DNA of 64,000 nucleotides from Candidatus Omnitrophota bacterium. GTDB lineage: Bacteria > Omnitrophota > Gorgyraeia > Duberdicusellales > 4484-171. The notes beneath the pieces are model-generated. The model saw only the letters and a list, made by a program, of their open reading frames with translations, was not told the origin of the DNA and did not search any database. Positions 49,034 to 58,900 of this stretch are shown in pieces (positions within the stretch are counted from its first letter, which is position 1; each line of letters opens with the position of its first letter). A program made the position numbers and the translations under genes. Location: assembly GCA_043823745.1 (NCBI GenBank), contig JBDRAN010000059.1:9105-73104 (forward strand), in the 5' to 3' direction.

Positions 49034-50506
49034 TTACTTTGCGTCGTTTTTTAAATACCGGAATTGATAACCGTCTTGTAGGGAAGGCGGAAGCGTATCC
49101 TTTACATCATCGTAGGTAACGCTTTTTTCCTCAATGATTTGCTGCGTTACATTCAATATATAGGGCGGTATGGCCCGCAGCACGATGGCAATTTTCCATA
49201 GGTATGCTTTACAAGACATATATTTACGCATACGTAGATAATTGAGCGGCGAGATGCTTTTGAGCCACAACAGAACATATTCAAAATAAAAGCGCCACTT
49301 AGGAAGTGTGGTTTTGCAAACCATATATTCTAGATTAAAGAAACCGTAGTTATATATGCTTAATTGTTTTTTCTCCTTCATCTCTTTAAAAAGTATCGTT
49401 CCGGGCGTGGGGGTGAGCGGCACGAAATAGGGTTGTGCGATTTTGTATTTTTTAATAAATGCCCAAAGTTCTCTGAATTCCTTTTGCTTGAAATGTGGGA
49501 AAATGATGAAGTGGGCGAAGCATTCGATGCCCAGCTGATTTAAAATTTCTATCGCTTTTACGTTGTTTTCCAATGTCGTGCGTTTATTAAGTCCGTCAAG
49601 CCCCGCATTGTTGACCACTTCAAAGCCCACGACAAGGCAATAAAGACCTATTTTTCTCCAGCGTTGGAAAACTTCCGGGTGTTCGACGATAGTGTCGGTG
49701 CGGGCGTACGCGCCGTATTGTTTTTTTACCCCGCGTTTTTCCAGGGCGTCAGCCATCTTCATCGCGTGTATATGATCGTGAAAGGTATTATCGTCGGCGA
49801 TATAAACGCGGCGTTGCGGTAATTGGGCGATATCATCGGTAACATCTTGAATATCGCGCAGTCGATAGGTACCCCGTGCAGTAAACCAGAGAGAGCAGAA
49901 AGTGCAGCGGTGAGGGCATCCGTGTGTCGTAATGGTGATGCCGGCGTGAAAGTGTCTGCGATATCGCGCGGCGAGCGTCCTGTCTAAGACAGGCCAGCGG
50001 AACGTCCCGGAAACAAGGGCGCGCTCTTCTGTGAAGATGAATTTATTTCCTTTGCGGATGGCCAGTCCTTTAACCTGTTCTAGCGGGGTATTGTCCCGTA
50101 AGGCTTTGACGACTTCAGGGAATGTTTCTTCTCCGGGGCCTATACAAATAAGATCAAAACAAGGTTGGTTAAAATCATCAGGGAGCAGCGTGGGGTGCTG
50201 GCCGCCGATGATAGTGATTACCTCCGGTATGATGCATTTTGCTTCTTCGAGCATCCTGCGCGTAGTAAAGATTTCTCCTGATGTGTGTATACGCGCCGCG
50301 ATTAAGTCCGGCTTAAATTGTTTAAGTACTTTCTGCCAGGACCGCGGACTTTCGTAGCGTCGGTCAAATATTTTCACCTCAGCAAAATCTTTTACCAGTG
50401 AGCCAAGTAAAATTGCAACGAGAGGCTCATAAAAAGGCAGAAAAGGAACAAAAGACCTATGAAAATTGGGATAGGTGACGAGGACGCGCGGTTTTGTTGT
50501 CATCAA
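49034..50506 (-). CDS. Cobalamin-binding radical SAM enzyme
   Basis: EPL, GGQHPT..P, GPGEET, HGCPHRCTFC, ADDN, VGFE and TP.PGT motifs. Confidence 0.88.
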   Translation of the reverse strand: MMTTKPRVLVTYPNFHRSFVPFLPFYEPLVAILLGSLVKDFAEVKIFDRRYESPRSWQKVLKQFKPDLIAARIHTSGEIFTTRRMLEEAKCIIPEVITIIGGQHPTLLPDDFNQPCFDLICIGPGEETFPEVVKALRDNTPLEQVKGLAIRKGNKFIFTEERALVSGTFRWPVLDRTLAARYRRHFHAGITITTHGCPHRCTFCSLWFTARGTYRLRDIQDVTDDIAQLPQRRVYIADDNTFHDHIHAMKMADALEKRGVKKQYGAYARTDTIVEHPEVFQRWRKIGLYCLVVGFEVVNNAGLDGLNKRTTLENNVKAIEILNQLGIECFAHFIIFPHFKQKEFRELWAFIKKYKIAQPYFVPLTPTPGTILFKEMKEKKQLSIYNYGFFNLEYMVCKTTLPKWRFYFEYVLLWLKSISPLNYLRMRKYMSCKAYLWKIAIVLRAIPPYILNVTQQIIEEKSVTYDDVKDTLPPSLQDGYQFRYLKNDAK

Positions 50507-50514
50507 GCTTCTCT

Positions 50515-51987
50515 TTAAAAAGAGTATTTTGCTTTTACAAAAAACTGGTCATTTTTATTGTACTGACCAAAGGTAGTATCAGGGGGTCCGAAGAAGTTAT
50601 CGTAACCTACAGCCATGGTGAGTGCGTCAGTGAGTGCATATTCGCATTTAAGTTCCCAGTAACGATCAAGGTTATATAGGTACAGCCGGCCTGTTGCTTC
50701 AAGGAGCAAGGTATCATGAATAAATTTCCTTGAGACTTTATAAATAAGACTATCCTCGTATCGGCGCGAGGTCATTCCTGCTTCATGGTCTGGAATGTAT
50801 TGCATATAATATTGAACGTTTACATAGACTCTATTTTTAAAAGTATAATCGCCCCCCACGATGCCGACAAAAGCATCCTTTTTAACCGTTCCGTCAGTTC
50901 TCTCGGGAGAATCGCTTACGAAACGGTCCCCCCACGTATACGCGAATTCCCCTCGTACACCGGCTTTTCCCAGGAGCGTTTCAAAATCAGAACCAATCGT
51001 ATGCTCGCGATGGTAACGCTGGGATACTTCATAGTTTGGCGCAAAGAAAGGAGGAGAGCCTATACTGACGAGATCGCGGTGTAGAGACGGTAATTCATCG
51101 TAATGGTAGGCATAGCTTAAGGAGAGGTCATAATCCTGCGTTGTTTTGCTCACTTTAAGCGCTCCTACTTGGCTGTGCAGGTTTTGTGCCGGCCGTGAAG
51201 GTGTATCAACAGGGATCTCGTTGAGATGATACTGGCGTAACAGATACGGTTCCCAGTCAGAGCCTGTTTCCGGAATACGGCTTGCTTCGAAAAAAGGAAG
51301 CCATATGACCTCGACATTAAACGGCTCAAATGCGTAATCAAGTTTTGTCATCCAGACGGGAAGTTTGCGTTCCGCCCGCGTTAAATTCAGATATTCGGTC
51401 CAGTCCTCAGGCGTAAAATTATCGGTTGGGTTTAGCTCATCCGATTTTCCCCAGCGTATAACTTGTCTTCCTAGGCGCAGGTTAAGGTTGCTCGTGGCAT
51501 AATTAAGGTAGCATTCCCAAAGTTTAAAGCGCTTTTCTTCATCACTCGTGTGCTTCGCGCTGCTATGTACCAGGTCGTATTGCCCATCAAGCGAGAGAAA
51601 TGATGAGAAACGTTCGGAGAACCATTGCGATGATTCAAGGCGCAAATCCTGACGTAGCTCATAGGCATGCTCTGTTGTAGTATCTTTTTTTCTGTCGAAG
51701 TAATTACGGTTTTGGTAGTAGCCGTGGATGTTTACTCGTTCCCAGAAGGTTTTTTCTTCTGCGGTGGATTTTTTATCGACCGCGGCGGTTGTAGCGGGAA
51801 GTGTTTCTTTTTCCTTTGGTGCCGACGCGTCAGTTTTTTTTACAAGTTGTGTATTTTTTTCACATTCATCGAGCATCTGGTGTATTATTTTTACTTTTGG
51901 CTGCACGATTTTCTCAGCACCGAAAGAGTTTCCATGTGTTGAAACGATAATGGCACCGATAAGGAGAAAATTTTTTTTACCCATCAA
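50515..51987 (-). CDS. Outer-membrane beta-barrel protein (DUF1302-like)
   Basis: Signal peptide; LGRQ.I.WG..D..NP.D motif; C-terminal ..KYSF. Confidence 0.75.
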   Translation of the reverse strand: MMGKKNFLLIGAIIVSTHGNSFGAEKIVQPKVKIIHQMLDECEKNTQLVKKTDASAPKEKETLPATTAAVDKKSTAEEKTFWERVNIHGYYQNRNYFDRKKDTTTEHAYELRQDLRLESSQWFSERFSSFLSLDGQYDLVHSSAKHTSDEEKRFKLWECYLNYATSNLNLRLGRQVIRWGKSDELNPTDNFTPEDWTEYLNLTRAERKLPVWMTKLDYAFEPFNVEVIWLPFFEASRIPETGSDWEPYLLRQYHLNEIPVDTPSRPAQNLHSQVGALKVSKTTQDYDLSLSYAYHYDELPSLHRDLVSIGSPPFFAPNYEVSQRYHREHTIGSDFETLLGKAGVRGEFAYTWGDRFVSDSPERTDGTVKKDAFVGIVGGDYTFKNRVYVNVQYYMQYIPDHEAGMTSRRYEDSLIYKVSRKFIHDTLLLEATGRLYLYNLDRYWELKCEYALTDALTMAVGYDNFFGPPDTTFGQYNKNDQFFVKAKYSF

Positions 51988-52796
51988 TTAAAATTTTCTA
52001 ACGCTGCTGTTTGTAAATTAAGCTGTTCAAAAAGCTCATCCGAAAGGCCGGAATTATAAACAACGTTTGTTGTAACAATCTCTGTTTTATGGCCGTCCAT
52101 CAGGCTTTCCATAGAGACATAGCGCGGCGTCCAGATGCCGTCTATTTGCTCTATGTTTTTGGCCCTGCCTATTTTAACCAGGTGCCCCTTTTTATCGAAA
52201 TATTCAACGTGTATACGGATAAAACTTTCTTTGTCCGTCCAGGTGCGCATGCGGCTATAGACGGTATTGGCGCCGGGTTTTGCCGTTGCTTCGTAAAAAT
52301 AGCATTCTTTTCCTTCACGCATATCGTCACCTGCCGCGGAGTAAGTGTAATTATCGACTTTTAAATTTTCGAGGTCCTCGTAGTTGAAATCGGTTCCGAC
52401 AAAAGTTTGTTCTTTATCGTTTGTGGCGATGCGCCGTATTTTCTTTAATGCCGGAAGGTACAGAAACTGTGTATCGTCGGCTCCGGTATTTTCCCACGTG
52501 AGCAGTCCCGTCTGGCGGATGTCGGCGGGGGAAAGAAAGCGGATCATAATTTTCCGCAGCCCCCCCCTGTCTTTCATGTAGCGATACGCAGAACGTTTGC
52601 GGGCATATCCGGTTTTGTTGGTAAGCAGCATGTCCCACCGCCAGACTTGGTCGTCTCCGGCGTACTGGTTTTTTACACTCAATTGGATTTCGCGGCCATC
52701 TCTTATCTCTGCGGTTGCACCGGAAGCGCCAATACACAGATACCCGGCGATGAAGATAGCAAATAAGAAACTCATTTTTTTTATTAGGTCCGACAT
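51984..52796 (-). CDS. LolA-like outer membrane lipoprotein-sorting protein (DUF1329 type)
   Basis: F.SPAD...TG.L, Q.LYLPALKKIRRI, F.GTDF.YED and YFD..G...K motifs. Confidence 0.85.
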   Translation of the reverse strand: MSDLIKKMSFLFAIFIAGYLCIGASGATAEIRDGREIQLSVKNQYAGDDQVWRWDMLLTNKTGYARKRSAYRYMKDRGGLRKIMIRFLSPADIRQTGLLTWENTGADDTQFLYLPALKKIRRIATNDKEQTFVGTDFNYEDLENLKVDNYTYSAAGDDMREGKECYFYEATAKPGANTVYSRMRTWTDKESFIRIHVEYFDKKGHLVKIGRAKNIEQIDGIWTPRYVSMESLMDGHKTEIVTTNVVYNSGLSDELFEQLNLQTAALENFN

Positions 52797-52920
52797 TTTA
52801 TCACATGCTTCAAGCGGTATCCCGCACATTTAATGTTACGTACATTATAATATATCGTGAAGAGAATGTAATTTTTAAAAACTACTTAAATCCTTACGTA
52901 TAGGATTCAAGAGATACGCT

Positions 52921-53592
52921 TTATTGGTTTAATTCGGTTATTCGCCGCACCAGTTCCTCGGTTGTATTTGCGAGCAGCGTTTCGTCTATTTTTTCTTGAT
53001 GCATTGCTTCAAACGAAAATGGTTTTCCTACGGTTAAGGTTATGGTGTGTGCGGTGTGTAATTCGAATGAGTGAGGCGAAAGGACATTGCCCGCTCCGTG
53101 TATATTGACGGGAACGATCGTAACTCCGGTTGAGAGCGCGATGGCTGCAGTGCCTGTTCCGGGTTTTTTGTTTTGTGGGTGTTTTTTCGAATACCATCGC
53201 GCCGCGCCTTCCGGAAAAATGACTATCCAACAACCTTCGCTTAATGCTTTCTTGACTTTTTCGACGGTTCCATTCACCACGATTACCGGGTATAATGCGT
53301 AGAACCATTTTAAATACCATATTCTATAGTTTTCTTTAGAAATGACCCACAGTACATTGGCCAGATTGCTATAAAAGGCGGTCCCGATCAGAAGTACATC
53401 CAGGTAGCTCGAATGATTTGATACGATAAGCGCGCTGGAGGTATCCGGGATATTTTCAAGCCCTTTAAATACAATTTTAAAATTTGCCTTTACGAAAAAT
53501 TTGGTGATAGGAAATGCCCATGCGCGTAGGTATACTCTTTTGCGGTTAAGAAATAATACAAAATTTTTTAAATAAAGCAGGATTTTTTTCAT
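52921..53592 (-). CDS. Lysophospholipid acyltransferase (PlsC family)
   Basis: NHSSYLD and IFPEG motifs. Confidence 0.88.
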   Translation of the reverse strand: MKKILLYLKNFVLFLNRKRVYLRAWAFPITKFFVKANFKIVFKGLENIPDTSSALIVSNHSSYLDVLLIGTAFYSNLANVLWVISKENYRIWYLKWFYALYPVIVVNGTVEKVKKALSEGCWIVIFPEGAARWYSKKHPQNKKPGTGTAAIALSTGVTIVPVNIHGAGNVLSPHSFELHTAHTITLTVGKPFSFEAMHQEKIDETLLANTTEELVRRITELNQ

Positions 53593-53756
53593 TTGGAACA
53601 AAAATTTGCTATATAAGAATTATAGCAGGTAACGATAGCCTTTACAATAATGGTATATTATTTTTTGCAGTATTTTTAATTAAAAATTGTAGTATAATCA
53701 ATACTAAATCAATTGTTTTTATTGACAATTGCTAAATATATAGTATTTTAGGGAAG

Positions 53757-54545
53757 ATGAAAATAATCGTCTGCATAAAACAGGTTCCGGATACCACCGA
53801 AGTAAAGATTAACCCTGAAACCAACACGCTCATTCGCGAAGGCGTTTCTTCGATTATCAATCCCTTTGATATGTATGCGATCGAGGAAGCGCTACGCATA
53901 AAAGAAAAACATGGTGCTGAAACGGTCGTCATTACCATGGGTCCGCCCCAGGCAGAGGGAGCGCTTCGCGAGGCTTTGGCCATGGGAATTGACCAGGCAG
54001 TGCATTTATCCGATCGCGCCTTTGCCGGTTCTGATACTTGGTCAACCAGCCTTATCCTTGCCAAGGCAATCAAAAAAATAGGACAATTTGATATGGTAAT
54101 CTGCGGGAAGCAGGCTTCTGACGGCGATACTGCCCAGGTTGGTCCGGGTATTGCCACGCATATCAATCTTACTCAAGCAACCTATGTGCGTAAAATTGAT
54201 GCGGTTGATACTACTCGTAAAACCGTGCGTCTTGAGCGATTGCTTGAGGATGGTATAGAGATTCTTGAGGTTACGATGCCTACGCTTATCACAGTGGTGA
54301 AAGAGATTAATGAGCCGCGTTTTCCTTCGTTGCGGGGAAAGATGCGCGCAAAGAGCCAGGTTATTACCGTTTGGAAACATACTGATATAGGCCTTGGCGA
54401 AGAGGAATTGGGTCTTAAAGGTTCACCTACGCAGGTAGTGCGTATTTTTACCCCGCCGCCGCGCGATAAGGGGGTCATGTTTGAAGGTGAACCCGAGGCG
54501 ATCGTCGGGAAATTGGTTGAGGAATTGAAAAAAAATCTTGTATGA
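53757..54545 (+). CDS. etfB: Electron transfer flavoprotein beta subunit
   Basis: CIKQVPD, NP.D..A.E.A, GKQA.DGDT.QVGP and GL.GSPT.V motifs. Confidence 0.95.
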   Translation: MKIIVCIKQVPDTTEVKINPETNTLIREGVSSIINPFDMYAIEEALRIKEKHGAETVVITMGPPQAEGALREALAMGIDQAVHLSDRAFAGSDTWSTSLILAKAIKKIGQFDMVICGKQASDGDTAQVGPGIATHINLTQATYVRKIDAVDTTRKTVRLERLLEDGIEILEVTMPTLITVVKEINEPRFPSLRGKMRAKSQVITVWKHTDIGLGEEELGLKGSPTQVVRIFTPPPRDKGVMFEGEPEAIVGKLVEELKKNLV

Positions 54546-54628
54546 GATTGTAGTGATTAGAAAAAGATTACGGTGATTTTTAATCTTTGTAATCGTTCCC
54601 CTAATCGCTGGAATCATCAATAAAAAAT

Positions 54629-55828
54629 ATGAGTGGATCGATAAAAGTTATTTTTGATAAGTGTATCGGCTGCGGATTGTGCGTGAAGGTTTGTCCTTTT
54701 GACGCAATCAGTATTGTCAATAAAAAAGCAGTGATTGATCTTGCCAAATGTACGCTCTGCGGCGCCTGCAAAGAAGCGTGCAAATTTGACGCTATTGTTA
54801 TTACCAAACCCCAAGGTGCTAAGAAAGATCTTTCCGGCTACAAAGATATTTGGGTATTCATAGAGCGTGAGCACGGCGTTATTGCGGGTGTTTCCTATGA
54901 GCTGTTAGGTAAAGCCGTCGAGCTCGCGGCTGACCGGCATTCAAAGGTAGTGGCGGTGTATTTGGGCCACAACATCAAGCGAAACGCCGAGGTACTTATC
55001 CATCGTGGTGCGGATAAAGTAATTGTTGTAGACGCTCCCGGACTTGATAATTTTATTTCTGAAAATTACGCGAACGTTATCAGCCGGCTCATTAGCACGT
55101 ATAAACCGGAGGTTTTTCTTGCAGGCGCAACCACCTGCGGCCGTTCTGTTGTATCGCGTATCGCGGTGACTATTCAGACAGGCCTGACGGCTGACTGCAC
55201 CGGCCTTGATATTGATAAAGAGAAAGGGCTTCTGATTCAAACCAGGCCCGCGTTCGGGGGTAATATAATGGCTCAGATTATTACACCGAATTACCGACCA
55301 CAAATGGCGACGGTGCGGCATAAAGTCATGCAGGAGTTTGCCCCGGATGCTACGCGCGTCGGCCAGATCATCGAGGAAAGCCTAGACGATGCCTGCATAG
55401 ATACGAGAGTTCGATTTATCGAATTTCTCAAGGAAGAGGCTGCCAAAATAAACCTGGCGGACGCCGATATTATTGTTTCAGGAGGTAGGGGCTTACAGGA
55501 TGCTAAGAACTTCCAGCTTATTCGAGATCTTGCCGATGCTATCGGTGGCGCCGTTGGATCATCGCGTTCTGCGGTTGATAGCGGTTGGATTTCTTATTCT
55601 CACCAGGTAGGCCAGACCGGCAGAACCGTCGCGCCGAAGCTTTATATAGCCTGCGGTATATCAGGTCAGATCCAGCATCTTGTGGGGATGCAATCGTCAA
55701 AAACTATCGTTGCTATCAACAAAGATCCTGACGCACCTATTTTTAGAGTTGCTGATTACGGTATCGTAGGAGATCTTTTCCAGATTGTCCCCCTTTTAAC
55801 GAAGGCGTTGAGAAACAGTAATAAATAA
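54629..55828 (+). CDS. etfA: ETF alpha subunit with N-terminal 2x[4Fe-4S] ferredoxin domain
   Basis: CIGCGLCVKVCP and CTLCGAC..AC; GLTADCT, RPAFGGN, QVGQTG and GISG.IQH motifs. Confidence 0.95.
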   Translation: MSGSIKVIFDKCIGCGLCVKVCPFDAISIVNKKAVIDLAKCTLCGACKEACKFDAIVITKPQGAKKDLSGYKDIWVFIEREHGVIAGVSYELLGKAVELAADRHSKVVAVYLGHNIKRNAEVLIHRGADKVIVVDAPGLDNFISENYANVISRLISTYKPEVFLAGATTCGRSVVSRIAVTIQTGLTADCTGLDIDKEKGLLIQTRPAFGGNIMAQIITPNYRPQMATVRHKVMQEFAPDATRVGQIIEESLDDACIDTRVRFIEFLKEEAAKINLADADIIVSGGRGLQDAKNFQLIRDLADAIGGAVGSSRSAVDSGWISYSHQVGQTGRTVAPKLYIACGISGQIQHLVGMQSSKTIVAINKDPDAPIFRVADYGIVGDLFQIVPLLTKALRNSNK

Positions 55829-55924
55829 TTGCTGCAAGCCGCAGGCTTCAAGCTAAAAAAGTAAAACCGGTAGCGGCGTCTATAGCCTGTAGCATGCAGC
55901 TTGTAGCTTGAAGCAGACAACAAT

Positions 55925-58900
55925 ATGTATCTAAAAGAACTCGATATTTTTGGTTTCAAATCATTCCCCGAGAAAACCAATCTTAAATTTGAACCGGGCA
56001 TTACCGTCGTCGTGGGACCAAACGGGTGCGGAAAATGCCTGCATCCTGAATCGCTTGTTTGCTTGGCCGATGGGACGATCGTTAAAATCGGAGAGCTGGT
56101 AGAACGCAATATCGCCTCTTCGAAAAAAGTTGCTCTCTTTGATGATGGCTTGAGTAGTCTTGAGAATGAGCACAACCTTAAAGTTTTTTCACTCAATCCG
56201 CAAACGCAAAAAATAGAAAAAAGAAGAATCGCTGCATTTGTCAAAAGAAAATCACCCCCCTTCCTTCTTAAGATTAGAACACACAAAGGCGAGGAGGTGA
56301 TAACTACTCATTATCACCCCTTCTTTACCGTAGAGAACGGTTCTCTTAAAGTATTAACCGCTGGAGAGCTCAAGGAGGGTATAAAGATTGCGCTTCCGAG
56401 GGTATTAAACGTCGATACCGGCACGTGCCGATTGGATGCAACTGATGTTTTAAGAAAGTTTTCCGTTGATGACCATGTTTATGTGCCATATTCAGGGCGT
56501 CTCAAAGAACTGATTTATTCGCAGAAAGAATTATGCGGCAGCTGGGAGAACTTGACTACGCAGCGAGCGCTTTCATCGGGGAGCATCCTAGGGGTGCAAA
56601 GCTCTCAGGCGGTCAACGCCGCACAGGTAACAGCTGTGTTAGATAGTGATGCACTTAGTGAGTTGTCGCCTACTTCACTTAAGTCGCGCTCGAATGGTTA
56701 TGTCGGGATTCCTTCTTGTTTAGATAAAAATCTAGCTCGTTTTCTCGGGTACATTATTTCCGAAGGAAGAACGACGTTATCTAATCAAGTTTGGTTTGTT
56801 AACGAAGATGAAGATGTTATCAGCGATTTTTGTGCTGTGAGCCAGAAAGTTTTTTCAGTAGCACCGAAGGTATTTTCATATAAAGAGCGGGCAAAGGATG
56901 TCATTATATTTTCCTCCGTTCTCTGTAAATTTCTCGATCGAGTATTCTCGGTGCGGCATAACGGGGTATCGCACGAGAAAGTTATTCCTGCGCAAATTTT
57001 CTCTGCTCCCCGGGAAGTCGTGTCAGAATTCATTTCTGCTCTTTTTGAAGGCGACGCATATCTTAAGAATAAATTCGAACGCAATCGGAATAACTATTAT
57101 ATAGAATATGCGACCGCCAGCCGCCAATTAGCCTATGGTCTTTCGACGCTCCTTTTACGATTCGGCGTACAGGCGGTGATTAGGGAAAAACGCAAATGCG
57201 CGGCCAATGCTGTCAAAAAGATTAAGCGTACCTATTATTCAGTTTATATTTATGGTATTGATAACCTTCATAAAATAACCCCTCATCTTCATTTTGTAGG
57301 CAGAAAGCGAAAAGTCTTAGATGCAATGAAAGCGTTGTCAACAAAATCAAACCCTAATTATGACGTTGTTCCCGGCATCCACGCGCTCATGAAACAATTC
57401 ACGCAGTCCTCGGGGGTGTCTATTAAAAGGGAGAAACGGCATTGCCCTAGGCTTGCTGCGTATTACGAGGGTGCCTGTCTTCCCTCACGTCAGGGAATCT
57501 TGGAAGTTGTTGATTACCTGCAGCGGGTTTCCGTTTCATGCGCCGCCGGCCTCTCAGAGCGCCTGAATGCATTTGCTATGTCTGATATTTATTGGGATGA
57601 GATTGTGTGTATCGAAAAAATCGCGCGAGACACGGAATGGGTCTATGATTTATGTGTTGAAGATACTCACAATTTCGTGGCAAACAATTTTATCGTCCAT
57701 AACAGTAATGTTTTTGACGGTATCAAGTGGGCGCTCGGCGAGCAAAGCCCAAAGTCTTTGCGCGGTTCAAAAATGGAAGATATTATTTTCAACGGTACCG
57801 ATCACTACCCTGCCTTGAACTACGCGGAAGTCACGCTTACGTTTCTTAACGACGATAAATACCTGCCGATTGACTATAAAGAAGTCTCGATTACCCGTAA
57901 GCTTTACCGTTCCGGTGAAAGCGAATACTACATCAATAAAAATATCGTACGCCTCAAAGATATTGAAGAGCTGTTCATGGGAACCGGTATCGGGGAATCA
58001 ACATACTCTTTTATTGAGCAGGGTAAGATCGAGATTTTCTTAAGCTATAAGCCGGAGGACAAGCGGCTCATCTTTGATGAGGCAAGCGGCATTGTCAAAT
58101 ACAAGGAACGTAAAAAAGAAACGATGCGCAGGCTTGAGGAAGTCGACGAGAATCTTCTGCGCCTTGAGGATATCATTTCCGAAGTAAAACGCCAGACACG
58201 CTACCTTGAGCGCCAGGTTGAGAAGGCGCGTAAATATCGCGAAACGCAAGACGCGCTCCTTGCCGTTGAAAAAAAGATCGCGACAATCCAGTCAAAAGAG
58301 GTGCAAGAAAAAATCGACAAGCACCTTGAAGAATTAGGCGTCCTGAAGGCGTGCGAGGAAGAAAAAAGCTTGATTCTTGAGGAAGCAAAAAATGAGTACG
58401 AGGTACGCGGCAGCCGCGTAAAAGAGGTGCGGAGCGCCCTTGAAGCGGTCAACACTGCGTTTATCGCTCTCAATGCAGATATTACCGCGGCGCAGAATAA
58501 TATTAAATTTTATGAGCAGATGATCGTTGAGTTGCGCGAGCGAAACGGCACCATTGAACAGGCAAGCGCGGAGCTTACTGAGCGCTATGCGATTCAGGAA
58601 AAGCGCCTAACCGAGGAACGCGTGCGTTTTGAGGGTATTGATGCAGGCGTGGCGGCGGCAGAGCGCGAGATCGTCGCACTCAGCACCGAAAAAGACGAGC
58701 TTAAATCTCAAAGCCATGATGCATCAAAAAATATAGAGCTCGAGAAACTTTCCATACTTCAGCATGAGAGCAAAAAGGCTAATTTTAACAATAGTCTTAT
58801 TGAAATTCAGACGAACCTCGCGGGATTAGTAAACAGGAAAAAACGCCTGTTGCTTGATCGGGGGCGACTTGAGGCTCTGCGTTCCGAAAGCGAAAGCGCG

